Of a DNA stretch of 64,000 nucleotides, positions 26,340-40,072 are shown in pieces (the first letter of the stretch is position 1; every line of letters begins with the position of its first letter). The notes beneath the pieces are model-generated. The model did not search any database and was not told the origin of the DNA. It saw only the letters and a list, made by a program, of their open reading frames with translations. The DNA comes from Octopus sinensis. Lineage: Eukaryota. The stretch lies in contig NC_042997.1 of NCBI RefSeq assembly GCF_006345805.1, positions 120,094,001 to 120,158,000 on the forward strand, given 5' to 3'. The position numbers and the translations under genes are program-made.

Positions 26340-27850
26340 GATCGATCTAATTCGCACACTGAAACAACATCAGGAGAATATCAAACTCTGTGCAGAAGAG
26401 TTTGCACTTGATATTTTTGCAGTGTATGCAGATACCATGACCCACCTTAGCAAAAAGATCTACTCTTGGTTGTTCAGAAATATGTTCTATATGAAATCGC
26501 TTTCCGAACTGCAGATTCCAGGGTGGGTGAATAAAATATGAGTAACAAAGATGTTCAGGTGTCAATTCACATGAATTGACACCTTTACATCTCTGTTAAA
26601 ATAAAACTTTAGTTTTAAGTTTAAAATGTAAGCTGCCTTGTCTGTAAGCCGACAAAGCACGTTCACTGTTTCTGGCTACCTGGCGTCATCCACAGTAAAT
26701 GCGCAATCATCTCTGGATTTACGTTAGGAATTGAGTATTGTAGAACCATTGGTTACGGAAGGTAGAATATACTGGAAACTTTAATTATCACAGAGATGTC
26801 GGCACATCCTGCACTACTCCGTGGGTGGGAAAATTTACAATGACTTACGGGGCAACCCACAAAGCAGAAGCATATCTTCAGGTAATTTGACTCAGTTTCT
26901 AGTTATATAGGTGATGTTTAAACATAACTAGACCATGTCGATAGAGCATGTTGATAGTACATTTATTCGTATAATTCAGTATAATTTCATTTTACCACAT
27001 CAATATGACTGTTAACCTGGAAAGTCACATTATTGCAACGTAAGCATTGCAAGCAGGGGATTGAACCTCCACCATCTTCTAGGAGACGATGAGATCACCA
27101 GACTGAATAGTTCTGGACTATTTGTGCCCATCGTAAGTGGGGAACACTCGTCTACTACAAGATAAGGGTTCGCTCCCTTGATTGCATTATATACCGGGTG
27201 CAGATTACCCAGCTGCTACAAGATGATAAGGGTTCGCTCCCTTGATTGCAATATATACCGCGTGCAGATTGCATCGATAACCAGGTAAAGAAGGCGCTCC
27301 ATTGGGTTAAAAATGAGAGTAATGTCGAACAGTCATATTGATGTAGTGACAAACATTACTTCTCAATATACTTACTACTTTCACTTTTTATGGGGATTTC
27401 CTAACTAGCTTCTTCTTACCTTCGCTCGATTCTATGAATCGGTTTTAGGTAAGGGTGGAAAATCAACATTAAATATTCATGTTATGCGTTTCTCTCTTTT
27501 CACATCTCCTCTATTCATAGCTAATAACCAGCTTGTTTACATTGCTAGCAGTTCAGTAACTGAATCAATTTATATAAGATTATAAATGTAATTTTCTTTT
27601 CTTTAGACGACAAGCCAATGGAGAGGTACAAGTAAACAAGTAAATGAGAAGCAACTTCTGTCGATATACGCATGTGTGTTTGTGTATATATGTATGTATG
27701 TATGCGTGTCTGTATTTATGTATGTGTGTTTCTGTATTTTGTATGTATGTATATCTATATATTAAAATCGATCACATCGGCGCTGTAACAGAGACCGATA
27801 TAATAATTACTAGACTAAAAGAAAGACCTAGGGTCGGTTTGTTCAAATAG
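26340..27850 (+). pseudogene. Cluster of cadherin relic exons
   Basis: FALDIFAVYAD (26400); exon 26980-27039 with cag and AAC|GTAAGC; GLFVPIVSGE then IRVRSLDCNIYRVQIAS; ANNQLVYI; ANGEVQVNK; IDHIGAVTETDIIITRLKERP. Confidence 0.7.
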
Positions 27851-27913
27851 AAACCTTCAGGGATCTGCCCCAACATGGCTACAGTCACAGGATTGAAACG
27901 AGTTAATAATAAA

Positions 27914-27990
<77 letters not shown>

Positions 27991-28099
27991 ATGCGAGTGT
28001 GTATGTATGCTTGTTTGTGTGCATGTATGTGTGAATATATGTATACATGCATCTGCATGTATATATATGTTTGTATGAGAGGGGGGGAAATAGAGCTAT

Positions 28100-28845
28100 G
28101 AAGGTTTTTGAACAAACTCAAGCAACCCCTCCAATCGAACATGATTTGATTTTTCTCGGGCGAGAAAAATTTCTACCAGAATCAGACGGTGACCACATAG
28201 ACCAAGCGTTGGCTTGCCACATCCCCAAAACATGTACCGAGAGTGATGAAAATCAAACATCCAGTCAACAACATATCGATTGGAGTGATCACTCGAGATG
28301 GCGACGTTATACCTCCATTCATCTTACCACAAGGCCTGACATCCAGCAAGGGTTTGAAGGAGGTAGTGCTGCCCAGAATTAAAAGATTGGCTGCTGGAAA
28401 ACTATATGTCTGGCAACAGGCCTGTGCACCATGCCACACAAGCAGGAGAACCCAGTGATGGCTGTCATAAAATTTCTGCGATCACATAATCCATAACATC
28501 CAGTCACCTAACTCTCCGACCGCAACCCCATTGATTATTATGCGTGGGTTGCAGTTAAGCGAGAGACCAATATAACTCCTTCTAAGACCAAAGATTAATT
28601 ACAGGTAAGGATTATGGCAGCATTCACCAACTTAAACAAGGAAACAATCTAGAAGAGTTGCATGAGATTCCGAATATGTCTGATGGCCGTGGTTGAAAAT
28701 AATTGCAATTTTATTGAATAAATTTACTCTTTATAGTATTTCAAGATATTTTAATACAATTTTGGTAAATATATCTGTCAAATTGAGATGTCAGTGTTGC
28801 TTTCATTTTTGAGTAAGTTGAACAATAATTTATCACCAAACCCTG
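28100..28845 (+). mobile_element. Tc1/mariner transposase relic with right terminus
   Basis: FFSGEKNF...VWQQACAPCHTS...NPIDYYAW...; ends CCCTG-TA at 28845. Confidence 0.85.
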
Positions 28846-28855
28846 TATATAATCA

Positions 28856-28895
<40 letters not shown>

Positions 28896-30268
28896 TGTTT
28901 ATGTGTGTATATATGTGTGAGCACGTGTCTCTGTGTGTTTGTAAATATACATAAGTAAAGATCCTTCCCGATTAATATAGAATATATTAATATAGTATGT
29001 TCTCTGGATGGGATGTCGTCCGTCATAGAAGTACTGGGATTTCTCCCTGCTGAACGAACTGGAGTAAGTGAAAAGAAGAGTTTGGTGAAGAATACAAGGA
29101 TTTGCCCGGTGCAGTATTCAAAATGAAAAACCTTACGAAGATCATGGATGCTACACACTCACATCTAGTACCGCACTTTCATGATATACTTGTCTGTGTT
29201 TGTTTGTGTGATGTGTGTGTGTGTACATATATCTTTTATCTTTTACTTGCTTCGTTCTCTAGACTAGAGCACTGCTGGAGACCCCTTGTAACACTTTGAG
29301 TCGTATGAATCGACCCCTGTTCTTGTTTATTTATTTATTTATTCATACCTAAGCCCGATTCGAATTTTACCGGACTCTTTGCCGAAACGCTAGTTTACGA
29401 GACGTGATCACACCAAAACCAGTTGTGAAGAGATACGGGGGACATACGCAGACACAATAACACACACACACACACACACACACCACACACACACACACAC
29501 ACACATTCATCATTACTGAGTATTGTGTTTCCTGTTCATAATTTAAAATATCAGTAGGGAAAAGAAAATGGAATTATGTTATACTAAAATTGAACCTCTT
29601 TAGTATTTTACTATGTCTGTATTTGGGAGTTCTGCAAATACAACTGCCTGCTGTAGGTTATGCGTACATATAATTTCATAACATGTCTAAATGTTGAATG
29701 TATATTCTTAGAGGATAATTTATCCGCTCCGGGAAAATGAACAGAAAACTCATAAGCAATGTTTCCCTGCATCATTTAAAAAGCAATAACCTATATTTAC
29801 AAATTGCAGTGACAAAGATTTAAGTGCTTTTCTGAAGGACATATTAAATGGTTTGAATGCGACACAACTGCATCTTCTAATGGGTTATAGCTTCGTACTG
29901 AAATATTTCATTTTACTGAATATATCTTTCGTACTGAAAATATATCTTTTAGAGAAATCGCAATATATTTATGTTCACTAAATCATACAATGAAGCAAAT
30001 AATCATGAGATTAAAAGCTGCACAATTCCCGCATATATTTCTTAAAATATTAACCAGTAAAATAGGAGAAAATATCTAGTGATGTAAACTATGTTTCAAT
30101 AAAATTTGTTTGATTCGTCCGGAGTTTTTATCATAGGAATGCTTGACTTGACATTGGAAAGGTTAATCAAACAACTAAAAGTTGATCATTGAATTTAAAT
30201 ATATTTATGGTAGTAGAGATAGGAATACATTGTTTCTCGAAAGACAACTTTTTTTTTTCTTTCATCAG

Positions 30269-30395
30269 CTTGTGATTATCGGAATTTCTCTCTCTGTTTG
30301 TGTATGCACTATCGATTGGAGGTCCTCCTATGCGTTTACTCACAATGCCCACTTCATCTAGACTAGATAAAAATAAAACCGGAATTATTGGCATA
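30269..30395 (+). pseudogene. Cadherin relic exon (DYRNFSL / VYALSIGGPP / LDKNK)
   Basis: tttttttctttcatcag acceptor and ATA|GTATGT donor; FSLxVxAxxxGGPP pattern with frameshift. Confidence 0.65.
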
Positions 30396-31361
30396 GTATG
30401 TTGATAATCTATATTGGTTGTACCTGTCTAATGCTGTACAAATAGCTGAACTACTTTGGCCAGGCAAACACGAATACATACATACATACATACATACATA
30501 TATTACATATATATGTGTGTATATGTGCGTGCGTATGGCATATGAGTCACTGATGGTTGCTTTCTCATAATACGATTTGACCTTACAAGAGTATATTTAA
30601 ATTACGATTGTTGTCATGGTAACCATTTCATAGATTGATATTTCCTTTCATTGTTGTCTTCTCTAATGACTTGTCCTTTATAAATGCATTAATATTGTTC
30701 CTATTGTTACAGTGCGACGCTTTAATGATATTTTCTAGTCTGTGCAGAGGAGAGTACAAATATTGAGCTAACATCTAATAACTGCTAATAAATACCTTAC
30801 AACGCTGTTCAACCATTAAAGTTGTATGAAAGATAATTTTAGACCCATTTAGATAAATAGGAGAGATGTTAGAAACTAAACATTAAATTATATAAATTGT
30901 GAACCGAACGTGTTATAAACAAAATGGTTTCCAGTTTATTTGGAAACCACCCAAACATTTCAATATATATTCATTTTGCGCAGTGAGATTTCTTGTTTCT
31001 GTATCAAAAAGCTATATAAAGACCAGCATTGCAGGGTTGTTTGAAAGTGGTCTAAGATCGTTAGGAACACATGTGTCTGAATTTTTTGATTACAACTTCT
31101 TAAGTTATCTTTGAGTAGTTCCATCATATTACTTTCATCTTAATGGATTTCTCAATCAAGTATTTTTTTTTTAAATTTAATTGTATTTCCTTGATAGCTG
31201 TTGATGTTATTACTGTGTTTTTCCCACTTCTTCTTTTATATATATATAATGAAATGAATAATATATATATTATCTTTTATATATAATGAAATGAATAATA
31301 ACATACGATGGATAATTGTCAGCTGACGATTATCCATCGTCTGTCATTATTCATTTACAAC

Positions 31362-31560
31362 TTGCCGGACACCCTGGAGTATACCAACAACGTACTAAAA
31401 GTAGCGCATAATTTGGACCAGCGTTTAGGTGCTAAATACTCATTGAGTTGGTTTATTCTGGGTACTTAACCGAAATATCCTATCTGATATTTCGAGTCCC
31501 ACCAATCATAGGCCAGAACTACAGACATTAAACAGCACTACCTGGTGCATTCCTTTTCAA
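31362..31560 (+). pseudogene. Cadherin relic (NNVLKVAHNLDQRLGAKYSL...ALPGAFL)
   Basis: LxV...LD......YSL matches the LDxE...YxL core. Confidence 0.65.
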
Positions 31561-31856
31561 TAACCTGCTATTATCGCGCTTCTTACCTTAGCTCTTTTTT
31601 TTATTCCTTTTTATTTCTTTTACACTTTTACTTGCTTCAGTCATTTGACTACGGCCATGCTGGAACATAGTCTTTTTACTCGAGCAAATCGACCCCAGGT
31701 TTTATTCTTTGTAAGCCTAGTAATGATTCTATCGGTCACTTTTTGCTGAACCGCTACGTTACGGGGACGTAAACACACCAGCATCAGTTGTCAAGCGATG
31801 TTGGAATGACATGCACAGACGCACAAACACACACACACACACACAGAGATACACAT

Positions 31857-31891
<35 letters not shown>

Positions 31892-32041
31892 CGTATATAC
31901 GACGGGATTCTTTTAGTTTCCGTCTACCAAATCCATTCACAAGGCTTTGGTCGGCCCGAGGCTATAGTAGAAGGCACTTTCCCAAGATGCTACGCAGTAG
32001 TACTGAAACCGGAACCATGTCGATAGTAAGCAAGCTACTTA

Positions 32042-32082
<41 letters not shown>

Positions 32083-32103
32083 ACACACACACACACACAC
32101 ACA

Positions 32104-32146
<43 letters not shown>

Positions 32147-32149
32147 TAC

Positions 32150-32765
32150 ATATAATAGTGTACATTTACACACAAGAGAAATTGCCTTCAGTAGACAGTT
32201 TTACACGCTAAAAGTAGTCGAAGCGACCATAACCCCATTTAAGGGCAATTTCTAAAAGGAATGAAAAATAAAAACTTCTATGTTGTTAATTTATTCCGGT
32301 CAAACCTAGTTTTCATAGATTTTTAGCAAATAAAATAATTTGCTAATCGAATTTTTTAGCAATTTTTAGAAGATTAGTTCGGCATTTATTCATTTATGTG
32401 CGGTCAATTTGAAAAATTATAATGTAGAAACATGAGACACGTGTTATTTGTCTCTTAATTATATATTAGTGTTATGGCGCGGTCACAGATGAGAGTTTCA
32501 CCTGGCAAATTTTACTTTTATTTTTCATTTTATCTAGTTTATTCTCACGAGCTGCGGCCATGCTGGAAAATTTAAAACCTAGGTTTCACCGGAATAAGTT
32601 AGCAAGATAAAAGTTTTTATTTTTCAATCCTTATAGAAATTGCTCTTAAATGTAGTTTTGGTCATTTTAACTACTTCTTCTAGCGTGTAAAACTGCTTCT
32701 TGAAGGCGGTCTCAATTGTGTTTAAATGTACCTTATTTTATATTGAGAATATGTTGTCTATTGAC
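32150..32765. mobile_element. Foldback MITE with long terminal inverted repeats, same family as 51363-51793
   Basis: 32160-32315 is the reverse complement of 32570-32745; shares catttaag.gcaatt and ataaaaactt motifs with the 51.4-kb element. Confidence 0.75.
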
Positions 32766-33124
32766 TTTTTCTACATGATAGGCCACTGTAGTGAAATTTC
32801 TAAACAAACTCGCTACCTTATATTTTACGTATATATATATATGTGTGTGTATGTGTGTATGTGTGTGTGTTTGTGTATGTATGTGTGAGCCTGCATACAA
32901 CGCACACACATACACACACATATATATATATATGCATACATACTGTATATATTTATATATATATTATATATATATATATATTATTCGTGTATGTGTATAT
33001 GTATGTGTATATATATATATATATGTATGTATATATATACATATATATGCACACGAAACCAACACCAGGAACCTTATCCCAGTTCTAATTGTGGGGACCC
33101 AGGAACAAACAAACAAAACATGCT

Positions 33125-33300
33125 GACATCTATCAAAACAAGTAGGCAATCTAAGCAACTTGATGAATCTGATCGTGACTAACAAGTAAGTACGATATTA
33201 TCAGACACTCCGATGCCTGACATTCGACACTACAAAGAAAATCCTCACGTCGGTGTAAATACTAACGGTCGAATCTCAAAGAAGAACTGTTGAAACGATT
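33125..33300 (+). pseudogene. Cadherin relic exons (I*AT-DESDRD; VGVNTNGRI)
   Basis: ATD motif with a 1-nt insertion and a perfect CAA|GTAAGT donor at 33185. Confidence 0.5.
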
Positions 33301-33946
33301 CAATAGTCACAAAGAAAATTTTACTAAACTCAGAATTACAAAACTGTCAATAAAAACAAGCGCTGGCATTCATTGCTTCAATAGTTATAAGAGGTGAATG
33401 ATATATGTAATTAAGTTCATGTGTTAATTGTAATTGAATATTTGTTTCGTGTTTATCATCTGCATTTATATCGAATATGAATGTGGCTCTAATGGTGATC
33501 ATAATGAGCATGGCACCAATGATCATAATTGTGGTGATCGATAGCTTCTGGCTAGTTTGTATGAACAAATGCCATATAAATAGAGGTTAATAACATAGAA
33601 TGTGTAAGAAATTTATAGCTTTGTTTACAATTTTATATATGGAGCTTATTGTCTATAGATAAATAACACTTATCATAATAAGTTTTCTGGTACGCTGATG
33701 CAACATCATAATTATATATTTTAATAGTTAATCCGATTCTTTAAGAAAAAAATGATGTTGCGTTAATATGACGAAAACTGTTGAATTATTAGAAAAGGAA
33801 ATACATACAACGAAAGGAAGATTTGCAAACAACTAATAATAATAATAATAATAATAATGATAATAATAATAATAATATATGTATTTAATTGCATAAGCGC
33901 ATACAAACACTCACAAGCATACACAGACATCCACGCCTCCCCCCAT

Positions 33947-34004
<58 letters not shown>

Positions 34005-34386
34005 TATATCTACATTCATAAGTGCACACACACGTACACACATACACTTATATACATACACATATATACATAAATGTATATGTATACATGCAGGCGTGCA
34101 TATATATATATATATGTGTATGTATATGTATGTGTGTGTGTGTGTGTGTGTTTATATGTGTTTATATTGAAGACTAAATGATTATCTTCTTTTAATTATT
34201 AGCGTACACTTGAGCGAACGTGTGTACCTATGCTGTTACAAGAATCAACATTTAACCATTTATTTTAAACTATATTTTTTTATCCTCTATTCAATCACAG
34301 TTTACTTAGTAGATTGATTGAGATTTGTCTCATAATTCTAATTATTGTAATGCGATCTACTATTAATTCTCTCTTTCTATTTATAG

Positions 34387-34468
34387 GTGAGAATTGAGAA
34401 AACATAAAGAAAAATAGCGAAGTGGACCGAGAAGCTCGATGAAATATTGATTCAGTACATTAAATAGG
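34387..34468 (+). pseudogene. Cadherin relic exon (GEN*ENIKKNSEVDREAR)
   Basis: Strong acceptor ctctctttctatttatag, G|GTGAGA donor; VDRE motif; three stops. Confidence 0.6.
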
Positions 34469-35043
34469 GTGAGAAAGTGTTGGGGAGAAAAACATTAGTT
34501 TTTGAATGATGCTATGAATAAAAGCCGACTATATTTGACTGAAAATATTTAGATAATTGCTATGTTTCTATATTATCCATGTTGAGGTATACGTCTTTCT
34601 AACATTAAGAAAAATTAGATGGATGTACATACATATAGTGTGAGAAAAACAGAGATAATAAGGAGTTTGACTCATTAGTTTCAGGTGTTTATGACTATAT
34701 TTTATATATCCTAAATTTGGTACTTTATTAATGTGATCTATATGAGAAAATTCTTCAAATACTATTTTTAAAAATCGTAATTTATCTAACAAGGGAAATC
34801 AAAGAAAAATTACGTTTATGAATGTATCAAATATCTTTCCGCAAAAATGATATACCTGTTCGAAGGCGACAATACAATCAGTCGCTTATTCTCTCATACA
34901 CATTAATGCAGACAAATTTCCTGCTCTCCAGTAATTTTAATTTCATCATTCTCGATATTTTACATCTTATTTTCTAATAAACTGAAATTGTTTCTATCTC
35001 TTCTCTCTCTTCGTCTGATCACTTATGACGCTTTTTTGAATAG

Positions 35044-35607
<564 letters not shown>

Positions 35608-36771
35608 GTAAGTGAGCCGATAACGTGTCCGTCACATAGCAGTTCTCCAACGGATCGGTATAATAGATACCAGGCTTTTGAAAACAAATAATATGTACTG
35701 TGATGGATTTGTGTGGCCAAAATTTAAGGCGGTGGCCCAGCATGGCAGCAATCTAATGACTGAAATAAGTAACATGCATAGAAATATTTTTTCTACAATT
35801 TTTTAAATATGGAAATTAATTACATCTCTGTGATCCAGACGACATGTTTATCATGCTGTATTTCAGTTACCATATATTTCAGTTACCATGATATTCACGC
35901 AGCTTGAACGATCTTGGTTGGAAACTCCGAGCAATGTGCAGCACGCCACTAGTGGTGCCGTTAGTTGCGTGCATTTGTGTGTGTGCATTGTTAATATCAT
36001 ACTTATTAATAGGTCATAACCGTCGCTACCGGTAGAAGTATTTGTAAATCATGAGCACAACATCTTTTCTTAGGGTTCCGCAAAAAAGTTCCTAGGGGTT
36101 CTGTAAGATAAGCTAATGCTAATTTCATGAGCATAATATTATTACACATGCACAACACATTACTGATTATTGACATATTGTAATATAGATATCCTATTAT
36201 GTTATCATGTTATCATGCACAAAAGACTTCACCTCAACGCGGAAAGAAGTCCTAGGTGAGCAAATAGCAATCGATGCAATCAACTAGACCCCCCTCCCTG
36301 AAAATTTGAGGCCTTCTACCTATAGTTGAAAGGTTCATTATATTATTCAGTGTGTATTATTAATAGACGTTGTCACGTTACGTTTTTCGGTAACCCATGG
36401 AAAGATATCGGATAATTTGTATATCATGTATTGTAAGGATCAACTGAAATACGTTTTCAGCTATGACGAACACTCTCGTATTGTTTGAGGAAAGGCATGC
36501 GAATTATTTCTATTGCCTACCATTTATGCTTTTCAACTTCATCAAGTCTCACTTTCATATGCTCTATCTTGTCAGCTTTAGCATTATATTCTATTTTGCT
36601 GCTCCATATCTTCTTCTAGAACTCTTCCACTTCCCCATTCTTATGTGGATCCTTTGCTTGTATCTTACCAAGAGATAAAGTAATTTTCCTTATTTCTTAA
36701 GCTGAGGTCCAATTTGAACTGATACCACAAATTAGATTAACTGGAACAGATTACTGATATATATATATATT

Positions 36772-37165
36772 GCGTGAGGCGCAATCGCTCAGTGGTTACG
36801 GCAGCGGATTCACGGTGGTAGGATCGTGGTTTCGATTGCTAGACCGGGTGTTGTGAGTGTTTATTGAGCGAAAACACCTAAAGCTCTACGAGGCTCCGGC
36901 AGGGGGTGGGTGGGGGTGGGGTGACGAACCCTACTTTACTCCTTCACCACAAATTTCTCTCACTTTTTCATCTTCTTCCTGTTGTACCTGTGTTTCAAAG
37001 GACCAGCCTTGTCACACTCTGTGCGACGTTGAATCTTCCCCGATAACTATTTTAAGGGTACACATGTCTGTGGAATGCTCAGCCACTTGCACATTTTAAT
37101 TTAATGAACAGGCTGTTCCATTGATCTGATCAACTGGAACCCGCGTCGTCATAACCGACGGAGTG
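36772..37165 (+). mobile_element. Long tRNA-derived SINE
   Basis: ggcgcaatcgctcagtggtta...ggtttcgattgc head followed by a conserved-looking body. Confidence 0.75.
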
Positions 37166-37269
37166 GTACTTTCATATTTATTGCATTAAAAAATAGCCAG
37201 GCATATTTAAATCAACAAAATACATAACTTAATGGTATTTATCTCTGCTGTTTAAATATAAAAATTATA

Positions 37270-37600
37270 AATTATTATCCAGAAAATGATCGAAATTATC
37301 TAAATTTACGAATCCCCTCTTCGATGCTGTTGAACAAATATACTAAAGAAAGATAACGCACACCCTCTTCTTTTCCGACCACACTGCCATGACATCTCTA
37401 AGGAGAATAAACAGACATGTTATCTCTCCCCAAATACCCGTAATAAGGAAAACAAAACAAAACAAAAAAAAAACGATACTAGCATATTCTCTTTTAATTT
37501 CAAGAAATAAACAAAGTCCACACGTGCCGATTGCATCAACGTTGTAACGGTGGTTTCAAGATAAACAAGATTTGATAATTCAAATTCATTATAACTGTTT
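37270..37600 (+). pseudogene. Cadherin relic (FDAVEQIY; KDNAHPLL-SDHTAMT; VVTVVS-DKQD)
   Basis: FDxxE..Y, DNxxPxLS and VTV.xD motifs; acceptor ttctcttttaatttcaag at 37504. Confidence 0.5.
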
Positions 37601-38089
37601 ACATAAAATAATATTAAGATCTCTGTTTGCTGTGATAAAAGGAAAGCAAATTTAATCAGTGAAAGCGCTTTAAATGCATTCAAGTAAAGAAATATATCAA
37701 AGTTTTGAAATTTTCGCTTCCTCTCTCTATATAAATATCTTCCTCCTCTTCCCCCCCTCTCTCTCTCTCTATTTCTCTCACTCTTTCTCTCTGTCTCTCA
37801 CTATGCATCTATCTACGTTACACGCCCCATACACACATGCAAACATAGTGCTCATACATAATATTCCATTCTCCTCTTGGCACAAGGCCCGAAATTCTGG
37901 GAGAGGCGTCCGGTCGATTAGATCTACCTCCTTACACAACTGGTACTTAATTTTGCAACCCCGAAAGGATGAAAGGCAAAGTCGAACTCGGCGGAATTTC
38001 AACTCACAATTTCCGGAACTTGTGCTTGTAGTAGAAAGGATTATTATTATTATTATTATTATTATTTTGTTTGCCTGGGTTTCCCTCTT

Positions 38090-38960
38090 ACAAAACTTGT
38101 TTTAGCACACTTATCAAGGCACACATTCATCCCGATATCATTGCCGAACTCTTTAACAGGTGTTAGCAGCCCTACTAACTCTTCGTCATTTCTAGCAAAC
38201 TACTTCTGATAGTCCTTATAAAACAGATGGTATATTGTCGTATTATAATTTTGAGCCAATATCTGGTGTTATTCAGTTCGTTTGAGGATGGGATCAGTGC
38301 CATGCGAAAGTCTAATGGGGAGAGGGAGTCACTTTGAAAGAAGCAGCATTTGATGTCGATTTTGTTAGATTGGGTTATCCCATTACTATGGTTTAGAAGG
38401 AGACTTGTGTTCGACTTAACCATGCTACCTTGAAAGAACTTGGAAGCGACATGTGAGATATTATATATCCCAAGGGCCTTGAGCAATCAATTATGTGGGA
38501 CACCATCAAACGCTTTCCTGTTGTCTATCTATGTCAAACTTAGGTTCTTCATTTTGCACGGGCAATTCTTTACAATGAATTTAGTTATGAGTAATTTATC
38601 TTTGCATCCATAAGTATTCCTTTTGCAGCCTTTTTGAGCTTGTGGAAGGATAGCCTTCTGTTCAAGGAAAGCGTATATTCTTTCAGTTAGTATGGATGAA
38701 AGGATCTTTTAGGAGTTGCTGTGACATTTTGTTGGTCGTTAGTTCTTTGAATTTTGTGTGGCTTCAGTTTTTGATAGTAGGTATGTAGTACCTCCAGTCA
38801 GCCAGGCAGGTATTTGCTCTGGGTTCTGGATGGCATCAGTTAGAGATGCAGAGAAATTTTGGCGTGCTTCCGTCAAACAACTCAGTCAGGAATTAAGAAT
38901 ACGTACAACTCCTGGGGTTTTCAATTTCTGAGACTTCCTAAGAATACACCTTAGAATATT
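38090..38960 (-). mobile_element. R4/Dong-like RT fragment
   Basis: PEQIPAWLTGGTTYLL; QKGCK; KAFDGVPH; FFQSDSLSPL (ORF 38175..38486); next to (ATT)n. Confidence 0.8.
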
Positions 38961-39161
38961 CTCTCACGATATGAAATTATTAGTAGCGCTTTAATAGATG
39001 TATTGTGATCGCAACTACATCATATTTATATTCAACGCGATGGAATGCATTTTGTAGTATTTTTTTCACGGGGCAGTACATTATATGTATGTATGTATTT
39101 AAGTATGTATTTATGTATGTATGCATGCATGTATGTATGTGTGTATATATATATGTATATT

Positions 39162-39194
<33 letters not shown>

Positions 39195-39210
39195 GCATAT
39201 TATATGTATA

Positions 39211-39301
<91 letters not shown>

Positions 39302-39436
39302 ATATATATTATATATATATATATTATATATATATATATATATAATATATATATAATATCAACATGCGTGTGTATGTGTGTCAGTGTGTGTTTGAGTGTG
39401 TGCGTGTGTGTGTGTGTTGTATTGTTGTATTATCAG

Positions 39437-39660
39437 CTTATTATATATCGGCATGTGGTGAAATTCCCAAATTCGTCTGAAATTTGATTGGAATCAAATC
39501 CCTGGAAATTTTTATTTCCAATCAAAGTGTTGAGCATACACATTACTTATAAAATCCGTGTTGACAACTTACATGTTAATTCATGCTAATACATTAAACG
39601 GCGTCTTCTTATCAACTAAAGGATTCAAGTAACGAAGCGTTACTCTATAACCAGAGGTAA
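39437..39660 (+). pseudogene. Cadherin relic ([16 protein letters not shown]...SLEIFISNQ...ITYKIRVDNL)
   Basis: tgtattatcag acceptor; I...GEI, then IxIS and IxVDN linker. Confidence 0.55.
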
Positions 39661-40035
39661 TCAAACATATGAATCTCTCCGGATAACTTTCTGCGAATAT
39701 GTTTCGATTATTGGTGACATTGCAGTTATACTTGTAATTAGTTCTTTATCCATATCTAATGATCCTCGAGAGCAATTTAACAATATGTGATGTGTGTGTT
39801 CGTGGGTATGTGTGAGTGTTTGCATGTGTGTGTCTAGCATTTGTGTGGGTTGGATACCTTATCGTCACATTTTGTGAGCATAGAGAAAGAAAATTTGGAT
39901 ATCATGTGATATCCAAAAGGCATCTGAGTTTTGCGTTGCATAAAAAAGAAGTCTAAATGGATGAAATATATTACCAGCTCCCTTTACATAGAAATACACG
40001 TATATACACAGGCGCAGATACATGTATGTGGTCGT

Positions 40036-40068
<33 letters not shown>

Positions 40069-40072
<4 letters not shown>

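Noticed and set aside
33347-33568. Minus-strand ORF with an apparent transmembrane segment (TTIMIIGAMLIMITIRATFIF)
   Set aside because: The hydrophobic run derives from a degenerate GAT/AAT/GGT trinucleotide tract; no splice or homology support, and it is on the wrong strand to be the cadherin TM.
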